From positions 1 to 64,000 of the forward strand of contig MCFE01000389.1 of assembly GCA_002104905.1 (NCBI GenBank): a DNA stretch of 64,000 bases. Reading direction: 5' to 3'. The notes under the pieces were generated by a model. The model had not been told where the DNA came from. It was given only the letters and a program-made list of their open reading frames with translations, and ran no database searches. This stretch comes from Basidiobolus meristosporus CBS 931.73 (taxonomy: Eukaryota > Fungi > Basidiobolomycota). The translations under genes and the position numbers were made by a program. Numbering within the stretch: the first letter of the stretch is position 1; every line of letters starts with the position of its first letter. Below are positions 1-13,899 of the stretch, in pieces.

Positions 1-3000
1 TTGTGGATGACATAGGCATCAAAGGATCAAAATTCCAGGACACCACTGAAGTTATGCCTGGAGTAAGAAAGTTTGTCTATGACCATATTGCAGACAATGA
101 TGCCATATTTAGGAGCCATTGAAGAAGCTGGACTCACCATCAGTGGTGAGAAAAGCAGCTTTGGTGTATCAGAGATATCCATTGTTGGACAAAAATGCAA
201 CACCTTTGGTTGTTCACCTGGAGACTCCAAGACACAAAAGATATGCAACTGGCCTACCCCCACAAATCTCACACAAGCTTGTGGCTTTGTGGCTGCTTGT
301 GGGTTCTTTAGGATCTGGATCCTAAGATTCTCTGAGATAGCAGAACCAATCTACCGACTACAGAGATAGAACACCCCATTTATCTGGGGAGAAGAGCAAG
401 AAGAAGCCATGCAATTACTGAAAGAGGCCTAGGTATCTCCACCAGTTCTAAGACCTCTTGACTATCAAAACACTGAATGCCCACCTATTTTGACAGTGGA
501 TGCAAGCCCCATAGGAGCTGGAGCACTACTTGGACAAGATGATGAAGATGGCAACTGCTATGCCTGCAGATATGAGAGCTGCCTATTCTCTCCTAGAGAA
601 CAAAGATACTCACAGATTAAGAGAGAACTACTAGGAGTTGTGAAGATGCTGAGGAAACTGAAGTCACAACTCTACATGACACATTTTATCCTGGAGACAG
701 ATGCCAAGCCACTTATAGGAATGATCAACAAGCCTGACCTACCTGATGATGCCACAAACCAATGGATGGCATGGCTGAAAATGTTTGACTTTGAGGTCAA
801 ACATATCCCTGGCAAGACAAATGTTGTGGCTGATGCAGGAAGGGACCACAATCATTTGAAGACTTGGACCCTCACTTTGATGATATTATTGACGCAGAGA
901 TCCGACAGATTGCCATCAAAGACCAAGAGAGAACTACCTGGAGTCTGATCAAGGAATATCTAAGGACACTTAAGAAACCTAGTTGGATGGATATTCAGGA
1001 GTTTAGAAAACTCAGGAAGAAGGCACACCACTACTATCTTAAAGATGATCTTCTCTTTAAGCGAGTGAAACCTGGACTTATGCCAAGAAGAGTAGTCACT
1101 ACCCCTCAAGAGCAACTGAACATCATGACAAGTATCCACCAAGGAGAACCAGGAGGACATAGAGGACAAGAAGCCACATACAATACTACAGCTCAGAGGT
1201 ACTACTGGGAAAACATGTACTATGATATCCAACACTTTGTTGAGTCATGTGTAGCCTGCCAGAAGAGATCCTCCAAGCGTTATGAAGAACCACTGCATCC
1301 TACTTACACAATCTGTCTATGGCAAAAGGTTGGCATTGACCTTGTCCACATGCCAATAGCTGGATCAAAAAAGTACCTGATTGTTGCTAGAGATGACCTT
1401 AGTGGATGGGCAGAGGCTCAAGCCTTGCCCAACAACAAGAGCCATACCATATGGAGATTTATACTTGAAGACATCATCTGCAGATTTGGCTGCATCTGGC
1501 AGTTTGTTGCTGACAGAGGAGAGATGACATCCCAAATGATCCAGGAGTTGTGCTCAAAGTACAAGATACACATTGCTTTTACAACAGCTTACCACCCTCA
1601 AGCCAATGGAATGATAGAGAGAGGACATGGACTATTGGTGAACTCTCTTGTCAAGACTTGTGAGAATAACACAACACTGTGGCCACAGCAATTACATCTA
1701 GCACTCTGGGCAGATAGAATTACTACCAAGAAAACAACTGGATTATTGCCATTCAAGCTACTCTATGGACATGACTGCATACTACCAGTTGAGTTAAACA
1801 CAGTCACTTGGAACTCATTGAATTGGAGATCCGATATGCAGACTGAAGACCTCCTTGCAACTTGCATACAGCAACTTGATCACCATGACTTGAATATTAG
1901 CAGAGCTGCTGAACAACTTAAGGACACACAACTAAACAACAAGGTGCCCTTTGACAAATCACACCCAACAAGGCCAAAACCACTATCACTAGGAGACCCA
2001 GTATTACTCTGATTCTACCTTGGACAAGCAATGGAGTCGGAAGTTTGACAACAAATGGACTGGCCCCTACCTCATTTCCAAAGTGATTGGAAATGGAAGT
2101 TATTACATATCTGAGCTTGACAACACCCAGCTGAGAGCACCAGTTGCTGGAAATCAACTTAAGTTATTCAAGCATAGGAATTTTGCACATCAAGATTAGT
2201 TTGCTTTGACCCAAGTTCAAAGCTGAGAGGGGGGTGGATGTAGTGGGGTGACAGTGACACCCACTGACAGATGTGCTCATTCCCTTATTTTGTACTTCCC
2301 TATATCTCTACTACACTTATTTTAGTTTTATCCCATTTGTCCTACCCAATCAGTACTATCCCATAAGCCGGTTGACTATCACACCTGCTTACCTTATTGC
2401 ATAAGTTACCCCTCACTTTATGTAAGATTACTAGCTATAAGTACTTCTATATTAGGCAAGTACCCACGCCAGTACCCGTGACACATGATCAGCCCATGTC
2501 ACCATCCCAACCATTTCCATACCATATATGGTATCCCCATGTTACACAGGTTTCAGAATACTGATTCCTGGTTGGTTGGATGTGCTGTGCCTCTTAGAAC
2601 CTTCTGGCACCTACTTAGAACATTCTTAGGTCATTCTGATGTCATTAAGATTTCTATTGATATCCGGAACCTTCTGGAACACCATGATTAATAATCACTT
2701 AGCCAGTAAGAAAAGTATATAAGGGAGGCTCTCCCTCAACAATAAATCATCATCCCTTTTATCAATATACCAACTTGTTGATTAGTGTGATCACTGCTAC
2801 CTGCTGCTACCTGAACTTCCAACCCTAGACCACAGGACACTCCCAGGAAACCGCGCTGACAGCCAACTGACCTTGGAGGCACTACTTGTGAGGAATACTC
2901 AGAGTAGGTATCTTTTATCATATTTGATTCTTTCCCAAGTTTGTTCTTGTACAGGCAAAGATACTTTTCTGTCTTTGTAACTATTGACCAAAGCTGCATT

Positions 3001-3309
3001 CTTATCAAGTCCCTGCTGGTGGAGTTTACAGTTGTTTTGACTTTGGAAGCTTTAGTACATTGTCATCTCAAAGGACGCTGAACCCAGCACATACTTTTGT
3101 TAAGATGCCAACTAAGTTGGGGATTGTAGCTCAATAGTTTTCCCTTGACAAGCTTGTGGCTTTATTCCCCTTCATATTAGATTAGAGACAGAACCCAAGT
3201 ATTCCTAGCAAGCTTTTGCCAGAGGTTATTGCACCCAGTGAACACCCCACACACAAAACACTTGAGAAGTGTTGGACATATCTCTCCCTTGGACTTATAC
3301 ACCACCACA
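1..3309 (+). mobile_element. Ty3/gypsy LTR retrotransposon (family G1), 3' part: decayed RT/RNase H/integrase, PPT and 3' LTR
   Basis: ORF fragments 73-369, 490-948 and 864-2012 carry RNase H (TVDASPIGAGALLGQ, ETDAKPL), an integrase zinc finger (GGHRGQEATY...CVACQ) and the integrase core (VGIDL, FTTAYHPQANGMIER), broken by stops and frameshifts. Polypurine tract GAGAGGGGGG at ~2225-2234 precedes the LTR. Confidence 0.92.
2239..3309 (+). repeat. G1 3' LTR (1071 bp)
   Basis: Starts TGTAGTGGGGTG just after the PPT and ends CACCACCACA (imperfect terminal inverted repeat). Near-identical reverse-complement copy of the same length at 44940-46010. Confidence 0.9.
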
Positions 3310-3329
3310 CCGCTACTCCATTGTACCGT

Positions 3330-3710
3330 GGAGTGCGTGGAACAGGGGTCTGCTGTTAGATACCAGTGTTGAGTAATACCATGCATTCTTCTTAGAGTAG
3401 TATTCCACTTCATTGTCACCTTTAAGTACCTCTGATTTACACCCAGTTTGTGTTTATGTGATTTTCTTGAAATGCCTGAATGTCTGTAAAGCCTCAACCT
3501 TTGACTTGAGGAAGTATACCCTTGTGTATCTTGTCTTGTCATCAAAAAGCATTACACAGAATCTCTTAGCTTCAAAGAGCAGTGTTCTCATTGGCTCTTT
3601 TATGTTAGGGTACACAGTAGCCAATATTGTGGCAGTTGTAATGTCTCCTGAGCTTCTCAAAAGCTGCCAAGCTAGTTTGCCATACAAGCAGACCTTACAA
3701 ACAGTTGATT
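3330..3710 (-). mobile_element. Ty1/copia integrase fragment
   Basis: ORF 3454-3687 reads FDDKTRYTRVYFLKSKVEALQTF, matching the copia rve consensus FIDDxSRYTWVYFLKxKSEA. Confidence 0.7.
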
Positions 3711-4769
3711 AAATAAAATTGAGTAATCAAGGCCCAAACAAGTTGCTTTTTCAGCAATTGGCTTATTCCCTGTTCCTCAATGTGTCCTAGCCTCTTATGT
3801 CAAGTCTCCTAGCTTACTTCATCTGTTTCAGCAATGTAAACATACTCAGGTACAATGATCTTTTACTGTCATATGTATATACAATGATTCCCAAAGCAAA
3901 ATATTTGTCCATTTTGATTGAATATTAGGCATCTTATCTATTTTGGCCACATGGAATGGATTGGATAATTTTGCCATCATTACCCCTGGGCTAATACACA
4001 TACTTAGCTATGTAGACCTACTGGTGGAAGCTTCTGTTGGAATTTATGAAATGATATGGATGTAAGGAACTTATCAACAAATAGTGTTTATTGTTGCATT
4101 GTAGTTGATTAATAAGAAAGCTCAGTATTTATAACCTTGTAGAAGTGATACAACTGCAACACCAAGTAAGGAGAGCTCCTCAACACTCAGCAGCATTCTG
4201 TAACAGTTTCAGGGCTAGTACATAATGTTTGGTAAAAGTGCCAATTGGATCTTGACAACAGGGTAATAATCATGGAATCTAAGTTTGAGCAAAGCAGCAA
4301 AGTTAAGGCTGTGGGTTAGTCCTACAGTGAGCAAGACAAGTCTAGAATTGATAAGTATATATTCAGTTGCTGAATGGTACCAAATAGTCCAATATTTTAT
4401 TAGGAATCACCTCAAGGCTAGCACAAGCATAGAGTGTTTGAACTGTACCATGAGCATTGTCTTGTATTCAAGTCAGCAAACAAGTTTTGTCAGAATATAC
4501 CAGGCCTCTGTTGTAGTTGGTACCTGGGATTCATATAGGCAACCAGATTTGGGCCAGCATTGATATGCTAAGAAAGTATCTCAAGAATAGCATAAACTAG
4601 CAAAGGCAGAACTACCAGGTGCTATGGCTAAAATCCAGCAACTTATTCAAGAGCTGGTCACAAGCAGGGATCATTGCTCCAGGCAAGCAGTAAAGAAATG
4701 TCAGGCAGCCAGCAGAAGGCCAATAAGGGGCCAGCCAGCCAAAACAGATGCATCAGTGTGGCATTCATT

Positions 4770-7136
4770 TGTTATGATCTGCTGCTTGAATGCTCAAGTT
4801 GGATCAGTTTTTAGTCAAATCAATTAGTATATGTTTAGGTTTTCAGTATGTCAGTATTACCTATGAAATCAGTAGCATTAGTCAGCAAATGAATCAGCAT
4901 ATCCTTATCAGTCAGAAATAGATATATTAAGTAAGATCTTATTGGGTGATGATGATGCAATCAAATGAGTCATCAGCCACAACTTACATTAGGAAATACA
5001 ATTAGTCAGCAATTGATCTGGCAAAATGTACATAAGGAGTTGCTGGAACCTCAATAAAAATCAGTTCAAGTTTTAGTGATTACAATACTAGCTAAACTCC
5101 CTATTCCTCTACAACTCTTATACCAAGACTTGTAACATTGGTAGCAGCAATAACCTGAAACCTCCCTCCTGAAGAAAGAAGAAACCACCCTCAAGATGTT
5201 GGACAATCAAGAATGGAAGAATGGCATGCAGCAAATCCTGGCCCAACAGCAACAAGGAATGACTACCATGGCTCAGAGCCAGCAAAGCCCTGTCAAGAGC
5301 AACTTTAGTGTGAAGGTCAACTGGTACCATGGCAGAGTCAATGAAAACCTGGGAACTTGGCTCTTTCAGATTGAAGAAGCTTTTAAAGCTAAAGGAATTG
5401 CTCCAGAAAGCAAGTTGCATATTGCAGCTTTTTACCTGGCAGATGCAGCCTTACAGTGGTACCACAACAAGATCAGGTCAGCCACTATGATGGGATGCTC
5501 TACAATCTCTACCTGGGATGTGTTTGTGTTGGAAATTCTGGATGCTTTTGAACCTCTGCACTAGCAGACACTACTAAGAAGGAAGTTAAAGACACTCAGT
5601 CAGAAAGGAATAGTTCAAGAATGCATCCATGAGTACAGATGTTAACTTGGACAAATTGAAAGAATGGACCCCTTGGATCAAGTTGAATACTTTATTGATA
5701 GGTTGAAAGAAAGAACTTGCAAGGAAGTGAATTACCAAAGACCTCAGACTACTGAAGAAGCCATTAATATTGCCATTGACTATGACTCAGCTATGTTTGG
5801 AGTTGGGAAGCCTACACTGACTAATCAGAAAGGCTACAATCATCATGAAAGAAGACAGTCAGAAACAGTACCAATGGGAATAAATGCTCTGCTGAAGAAT
5901 CCTACCTCAGAAGAATGCAAGAAGAAAGGACTTTGCTTCAATTGCCACCAGCAGGGACATATTGCAAAGTACTGCCCTCAGAGAAGAAATAGACAGCAGC
6001 CAACAAGAACCTCCAACCATATTGAGTCCCATGAACACAGTAATGTGGAAGATGAGCTTGAAGAAGACTCAGAACTCACCTTCCACATGACAGAAGAATA
6101 CCTATCCCAGATGACTTCAAACTCAGTAAAGCTATTATACTTGAATGGAGTAATCAATGGAGTACCTGCCAAGATCATGATTGACTCAGAAGCATTGCAT
6201 GAGTACATGTCAGAGCAATTTGCTCTGTAAGCTGGGATCAACTTGGAACCTACCAAATCAACTTCAGTCTCTACAGCTGATGGGAACTCTCACATAATCA
6301 ACCGTATTACCCAGCCAGTAAGAATGAAGATCAATGACAATGAAGAAGACCTACAGGCTTATATATTTGGGAACTCCAAATTTGACCTTGTACTTAGAAA
6401 AACCTGGCTATTTTGTTGTAATCCATCAATCAACTGGAGAACCCATGCTACTCAGATCCAAAAAGACAACAAGACCTATGAGCTATTACCTGCCAGGCTG
6501 GATTCCAACTTGGCCAGTTCCAGTGTTTGCAAGACAAGTGAACTTAGCAAGACCCAGTTCTGTAGAGTGCTTAGAAAAGGTACTCATATGTTCCTCATGG
6601 TGGTTTTACAGGAGGATTCCTCTACCCCAGCACCCAAGCAGGTCCAGACTCTCTTGAAGAAATATTCAGATGTGTTTCCAGATGAGCTTGTAAGCCTACC
6701 ACCAGTCAGAGACATGGATCATGCCATTGACACAGGAGATAGCCCTCCAGTGAGCAACACACCTTACAGAGAGAGCCCATTGGAATTGACAGAAATAAAG
6801 AGACAAATTGATCAACTATTGGTGCAAGAATACATTAGGCCCAGCAAGTCACCCTGGGGAGCACCAGTGCTTTTTGTGAAAAAGAAGGATGGAACACTTA
6901 GGATGTGCATTGACTACAGAGCCCTGAATTCAGTTACTGTCAAGAATAAGTACCCCATACCTTGGATTGATGAGCTTTTGGACCAACTTAATGAAGCCAC
7001 TATTTTCAGCAAGATTGACCTCATGTCAGGATACAACCAAATTAGGGTGAAACCAGAAGATATTCCTAAGACAGCATTTAGGACTAGAAATGGACATTAC
7101 AAGTATTTAGTCATGAGTTTTGGCCTCACTAATGCC
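4770..7136 (+). mobile_element. Ty3/gypsy element (family G2, copy a): 5' LTR, PBS, gag-PR-RT, truncated in RT
   Basis: LTR TGTTATGA...CTTGTAACA at 4770-5137; PBS TGGTAGCAG at 5139 (3' end of tRNA-iMet). ORFs 5196, 5664 and 6243 share one frame and carry gag, the zinc knuckle CFNCHQQGHIAKYC, protease IMIDS and [29 protein letters not shown]. Ends at FGLTNA where CACTA sequence begins. Confidence 0.92.
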
Positions 7137-8669
7137 AATAAATTACTTCTCCCAGCTAGATTCTAGTAACCCTTAGAGGTGTGCTCTGGCTTTTGTTTGT
7201 GTAAATTCCATATTGAATGGTGCAGAGTTGACTTGTTACCATGAGAAATCTGGCATACCTTGGTAGAACTTTCCTGATAAAAATTAGTTGCTTGTTGCCC
7301 CCAACCCTACTTTGCATTACTTACCTGATTACCCATGCATTGAAGCTACTTAGCTTCTTAATGTAATAGGCATAGGTGTCTCCATGTTCACATTTGTCCA
7401 CAATATTTTCCAACTCTTCCTGGCTGTCCTCCATGTGCCAACTCATCACATCCATGATGGACTTGAAGGTAATATTCTTGATGAGGTTGAGATATGGTAG
7501 TACCTGCAACATGACATATCTTCCTATCTCCCCACACAAATGCTCCAAAGGAAACTCTCAATAGGTGAAGCAAGACCCAATATTCCCCACACACCAAGCA
7601 AGATGGAGTAGAGAATAGATGCAGTAATGGCACAGATTTATGAGTTCAGCTCAATGTTTGTAGTATAGGCACTCAAATCTGGTTACAAACTCCTCACACA
7701 GTGGCTGTATATGTTTCAAGTTGGCATTGGTGATCCATTTCAAGATAAGTATTCCTATAATGTACACATATGGCTCTCAATGCCTCCAATATACTCTTGG
7801 TATGAATGGCTTCAGAATGCCTCTTAATTATATACAAATCCAGTTCATCCAGTCTTTGCATTTTTTTTGCATATGCGTATGAATATTGATAGCAGCCAGT
7901 GAGAAGTCCTCAGGGGAGCAGACACTGTCTGATATCTTGCCAATTTGCTCAGAATCCTCCAGTATCTTGAAGGGCTCATTTAGCTTGAAATGCCCCATGT
8001 ACAACTTGGTCATCAGTATAGGGATATTGTTGAAATGCAAATGCATTGCTCCCAGTGGAAAGCATCTACTCCAACAGATGCCCTCTATGTTAAGTATCTG
8101 CATTTTCCAATTGATTCCATATTCTGGCCAATGGCTTAAAGCTTGTCAGCTTTGCTGCAACTACAGTGTGACATCTGTGTGTTTTACTGTGGGAAGATGA
8201 AGTTCTTAGTGTTGGTACTTGGGTAATGATGAGTGTGCAAGTTATGGAGTAAATCCCTGGATCGCACACATGTGACCACAATACCATCCATTGTGCCCAG
8301 AAAAGCTTGCTATCTTGCTGATGGCTGGGGTATTCCCAACACCAATATTTATATGTACTTTGACATGATGGGCACTTGGTGTTATCTTGCCAGAAAGCAC
8401 ACCAAATTCATTCTGCAATGGATGCAGGTAGCTATCTAGGTTGCATGGTGATTTAAGCCCAGACACCAGTGAGACTACCATCAGATTTTTGCTCTGAAAC
8501 CTAAGACAGGTGGCAGATTCAGGATGATGAGGATCAGTGGCCAGTATGATTTGCTGGTAGAGTACTTGTTTGGTGGGAATCCATCAAGTGCCAAGGCAAA
8601 GGCATGGTCAGGAATACCTTCAAGGTAGCCCTTGCTTCTTATTGGTTTGAAATATTTGCCATCAAATAG
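7137..8669 (-). mobile_element. Decayed CACTA/En-Spm (Tnp2, Transposase_21-like) transposase fragment
   Basis: Minus-strand fragments ALALDGFPPNKY...YWPLILIILNLPP (8481-8741) and MEHLCGEIGR (7321-7548). Homologous to 36266-37760 and 19600-21100. Confidence 0.8.
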
Positions 8670-9062
8670 ACTTGTTCTGTTGGATAGTGCCATATAGAGC
8701 CATGAGTGCCAAATGATGCCATAGTGTGCCAGGGAGGCCAAGTGAGCCTACACTTGGCCACAGAGTGTGCAGCACAGCTCTGCATCTTCATGCAAAGCAG
8801 CCCCTGTGTTTCAATCATTATGATGGAGAAGATCCATTGTTGGACCTTTTTTCTTAGGTAAATGCTATACAGGATGTGCAAGTGCATAAAAGGATTGAAG
8901 ACATGGATCTGGTACTCAAGACCTATGGCACTCTGAATCTAGCTCCTGTGGCTTGTAACATGTCACAAAAATGCATGGCACTATCTTAGTCCACTGGTAT
9001 TATCCGGCACTATATTTACATATTAGCCCTAAAGTAGCATCAATACAAAGCACTTATAGTGC
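8670..9062. mobile_element. Truncated copy of the foldback element (left arm, loop and 8 bp of right arm)
   Basis: Starts TA|GACTTGTTC, inserted at a TA in the transposase relic (other copies read CATCAAA-TATATCAG or similar without the insert). Colinear with 38706-39100. Confidence 0.8.
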
Positions 9063-9522
9063 TAGAGAGGTGACAAAGAAGGCCAGGTGCCAATATAGAA
9101 GTATCAGCTGGTAGGTGAGATTATACTGGTACAGTAGTGACTGATGAGTGGTCATATATGACTTGTGTGGCAAAACACTGACCATGATCCTTGTGATACT
9201 TCTTATGCTGTCTGTGTGCTTCATGGCTGAGAGGCTTGCTATAATAGCCACATTACCTATTTTCTCTTCTCCTATGGCATTGAATCAAAGCAGTCTTGTT
9301 CATAGGGCAAAGCGTGACCTTCAACAATGTAGCACTATTATATCACTTTTTTGTCAATTCTCATGTAAATTTAGTACAGTCTTGTATTTGAGACATTGCA
9401 AATACATGAATGTAAGATGCAATGATGACCCACCATAGCAAGCACTATATACAAAGTTATGCCACCTCATACACATGTATTTGTAACATTATTCCCCTTT
9501 GGTTTAGCTCACTTCCATATAT

Positions 9523-9966
9523 ATGCCACCAAAAAATAAAGTTAAGTCATCCAGTTCCCAGCCAAACGCCACCGCTAATGGCAGCAGAAGAACAGCTGAA
9601 CAACAGCTTGCTCTGATATTCAGTACAACAAGTGAGACTAAGTCCAAAAAAGACCATGATGGCAGTGTGGCTACCAAAGGTAATAATGCAGACTCCTCAG
9701 GCTCTCAGTCAAGTAGGCATTTGAGAGCCTCTGTGGAGCCCAAAGCTGACTGTTATGCTCAAGCAGATGAGAATGTAACAAATACAGTGCAAACAGTTGA
9801 GGACCAGCAAGTGGCCATCATAACTTCACCACTACTCATTTTAGCAAGTATGTTGTCAGCTCATACTGAAGCATTTATGAAGCAATTAGGTGCAGTGGCT
9901 GATAGGATAGATGCAATGGCCCAGAGAAATCATTGTTTTGACAAAGCGGCAATAGTGTCCGGCTAA
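9523..9966 (+). pseudogene. Upstream ORF relic of the CACTA-type family (MPPKNK..., low-complexity N-terminus then coiled-coil-like segment)
   Basis: 147-aa ORF. Decayed homologues at ~21190-21700 (+) and ~27200-27700 (-). No domain recognised. Confidence 0.5.
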
Positions 9967-12800
9967 TCCTAGGAATCCCAACACTGCATTAATATCCTTT
10001 GGTGCAGGTGTATCTTGAATGGCTTTCAGGAATGAAGTAGATGGGTATATTCCATCTGCAAAGACCTTGTGGCCCAGGAACAACAATTTTGTATACAGGA
10101 AATGGCACGTCTTGGGATGTTGTTTGAGTTGGTTCTCAAGGAAGGCTGTTAGGATACATTGCACATTGTGTATATATTCTTCTACATTGGGGGAATATAT
10201 TGTGATGTCGTCCAGATACACAAGAGCGCATTCCCATTGTAGATATCCTAGCACCTTGTCAATCATCCTTTGGAACATAGCAGGGGCATTGCACAAGCTA
10301 AAGGGTAGTTGGTTCCATTTGTATAATCCAAACAATGTTATAAAAGCGGTTTTGGGTCAATCTTCCGGGGCTACTTCTACTTGCCAATACCCGGAGATTA
10401 AGTCAAGAGAGCTAAAATATTTAGCTCTGATTAGTCTGTCCAACTGGTTGTCTATTTGCAGGAGTGGATACATGTCCTTCCTGGTGACAGCATTCAATTT
10501 TTGGTAGTCAATGCAAAAGCATTGCTTTCTGTCTTTCTTTGGGACAATCACTACAGGGGAGGCCCACAGAGACTGGCTCTCTGTAATGGTGTTGTCTTTC
10601 AATAAAGTTTCAATTGTCTCTTTGATATAGTCCGTGTCAATTTTTGAGTTCCTATAGGCTTTTTGCTTGATGGAGTATTTGTCAGTGAGGTGGAATTAGT
10701 GATATACCCCAGGTATATGACCAATTACTTGGTACTTAGAGAATACTTGGGCAAGCGGGTGTATTCCTTCTAGGAACTTGTCTTGTAATGCAGGTGGTAG
10801 ACCGGGTTCCACATCTAGTTTGGGGAGTTCTTCTTCTGGTTCCTTGTTTGTAGGTGGTCCTTGGTTGTTTCTGTTGACTTCCTCTAGGTTTAACAATGGT
10901 ACTCCTCTAGACAATGTCACCGTGTGTTGCCCATTGTTGACTACTAAGCACTTCAGACTTTGCATTTCAAATTTTGGTGGTATCCATACTTTAGGGATCA
11001 AGATTCCTTCCAGTTTCTTGGATGCCTTTGCTGTGGTTATCATTCTTCCGCTCATCAAATAAGCTATTGGTGTCTCTAATGAGATCACTGTCTCACTGGC
11101 AGGTGGTATTTTTATCACCTTTTGTGTGATAATCACAGACTGCGATGGTTTCACTTCTTCAATTGTCACACTGTTGCTACGTGCCTTGCTCTCATTGGTG
11201 ATATGAATCAGTGGGATACTCTTGGTATTCCACCTGAGTTCAGATGCACTGTACAATATATCCATCTTATGCTGGATATACCAACTCTGACCAATGAGTA
11301 AGTTGTTGGCAGCAACGGTTAGAACCACAACATCTTGGTGTATTATCAAGTTGCCTAGCCGGATAGGGCAATTAGGCACCACGCCTACCATTGTGTCCAG
11401 TTGGTCATTTGCTGGCCATATTCAAATGGTGTTGTTGGGGACTATGTCTAATTTTAGACGTTTTGCTAATACTCTGACATGATCAATGTAGAGGATCCTG
11501 TGTTGAAAAGGGCAAGAATCTCCTTATTCTCTATACATACCTTTACGTATGTACCTTTATTCAATTTTTGCAGGACTGTCTGGTTGACATGAAGGGTTGT
11601 TATCTCCTTCAATCCCTCTATCAGTTCCTTAACTAGAGCTGGGGCAAGTCCCAGTAAATTGGTTATTAGGAGGGTTGCCTTGGTTTGCCCTAGTACCTTC
11701 ATTATGGGGAATAGGCCATGGGAAGACGTGCTAGCGTTCTTTGCTTGTTTTAACACTTCTTCCCAAGGCTCATTCCGCACTTCTTCACCTAATTCCGCGT
11801 TCTTTCCTTTTGACAGAACCTCTACTACAGGTCCCTTTGCCTCCTCTCTAGAAGCATCATGTTGACGCTTCTTCTTCCGTACTTTGACTGTCCTGACTGG
11901 AGGACTTAGATTGACTGAGTCCTGTTGGCCTCCTGGTAACGGACTCTGTCTTTTGATGCCTTCTTCTCTTTTGTGTCCAGTATGGCTTCTTGTCTGTACT
12001 GTTTTTCACATTTGTGGGCCTGGTGACCTACTTCTCCACACACATAACATGGATACTGTTGTTGCGGTTGTTCCATCTGCTGGGTCAGGGCTTGTACCTG
12101 GGTCTTTAGATCTACAACAGCTTCCCAGAGCTTATCACTTTCTTTGGGGACTTCTTGGACATTGTTGATCAAGAGATCTTGGACTTTTGCCGTAATTCTT
12201 CTAACTCACAGTCCTTTGGGGAGGCAATTTTGCATTTTGTATGGGGGATCCCTGTCCTTTGATCATTTGTATCACTATAGGGTAGCCCCCATAGCAAGAT
12301 GACACCTTGCACTTGTTTAACCAGCTCTTGCAGCATTTTACATCCCTGTTGTTCTTTGGATGCCCTACGTCTTATTTTGTTGTCTAAGCCCATGATGTAA
12401 TACCTCATGTGCTGTTGTTTGGCAATTTTGTCCTTTGGGAGACATCAAACTTGTTGGAGGAACAGTTCAGTGTAGGCTTCATAGCTCTCACTGCTTTTCT
12501 TCCGTGAGGACAGTAGAAGGGCTTTATAGTGGTATCCTTTGGCATATAGATAGCGTGTCTTGTAGGCTTCTTCTAGTGCATACCAGTTGTCTTTAACTGC
12601 GTTCTCCAACCCATAATGCCATTGCCATGCTGACCCTTCCATATGTCTTGTAAACTCCCTTACTTTCTTATTGTTGTCCCATCCAGCATCGATGGCAACT
12701 CTCTCAAGCTTATCAAACCACTCAAGGGCTTTCTCTCTCTTTCCCTTGTATATTTTTAGTTTGATTGTAGTAGTCATTACCTGACTTGTGCTTATTTCCA
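9960..12800 (-). mobile_element. Ty3/gypsy element (family G3), decayed gag-PR-RT, no LTRs retained
   Basis: gag (EWFDKLERVA...MEGSAWQW), zinc knuckle CYVCGEVGHQAHKC, protease ALFNTGSS, RT ASPVVIVPKKD...CIDYQKLN and YLDD, then LGFLGLAGHY. Confidence 0.9.
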
Positions 12801-13790
12801 CAGAGATGGCACCAAATATGTGGGTTAATACTTTTAGAGTCTGTATGCCTTACTCTCATTGCAGTAGCCCACAAATATACATTTTACACTTTTTGGCTCA
12901 TATTTTGACTGATTTCCGGCCAGTTTTTTGGCATATGCTCTACACCCAAATATTCTTAGATGCTCCGCACTTGATCTGTATCTAGGTCATGCTTCAAATG
13001 GAGTAGAATCACAAAGTATCCTGTTATAACTTCTATTTTTCAGGTACACAGCAGTGGCAACTGATTGCGCCCAAAATTCATAGGATAATTTTTGATTAAG
13101 GATCATAGTTCTTGCCATATCAATTATTGATCTGTTAGCTTGTTCTGCTACTCCATTTTGCTGTGGGGAGTATGGTACAGTAGTCTCTTGCTTTATCCCA
13201 TGAATTTTGCAGAGGTGAATGAAGAGTTTTGAGGTATATTCTCCACCATTGTCAGAGCGTATTTTCATGATTTTTTCACCAGTTTCTCTCTCCACCATGG
13301 CTTTAAACTCCCTGAACTTAGACAGAGCTTCATCCTTTTTTTCCATGAAGTAGACCCATGTGTATTTTGTTTAATCATGAATAAAAGTGATTAAATACTT
13401 CATCCCGCCCAAGGATAAATTTTGCATAGGTCCACATAGATCTGAGTGAATTAGATCTAATTCTTTCTTAGTTTTGATTAAACCAGTGCTCTTGAACAGT
13501 TGTCTGGCTTGTTTCCCATATATGCTGGCTTCACAGTGCTCCAAATCAGCTGGGGATCAGCTTTTACTCCAGAAATTAGCTGATCTTTGATCATTTTGAG
13601 CAAATAATCAAAATTGATGTGCCCATATCTCCTGTGCCAAAGCATTGGTGTTTCTTCATTCAAGTTACTTATATTGGCTTCCCAAATATGATGGAATATA
13701 AGTCAACTTGTATATATTCTGATCTCTAATGCCCAAAGCAATGGGTACCATATTGATCAGTGAACCTGCATCCAGAATTGTCAGAACTGA
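12790..13790 (-). mobile_element. Ty1/copia integrase fragment (same family as copia A and B)
   Basis: GAG-pre-integrase LWHRRYGHINF and rve KIRSDNGGEY...SPQQNGVAE. Nucleotide match to 30400-31500 and 41250-42250. Confidence 0.88.
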
Positions 13791-13899
13791 AACTGAGTCA
13801 ATTGATCATGTCACCAAATGGCCAGTGACTAGTGCCCTACCAACAACTGGTGAGCAAGAAGATGCAGGTCTTATCAATTGTGAGATCCTGATAAGACAT

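Noticed and set aside
9006-9062. 8-bp inverted repeat GCACTATA/TATAGTGC suggesting the template-switch origin of the 38.7-kb palindrome
   Set aside because: Sequence after 9062 belongs to another family, so this is more simply a foldback copy truncated just past the loop than a parental unfolded allele.
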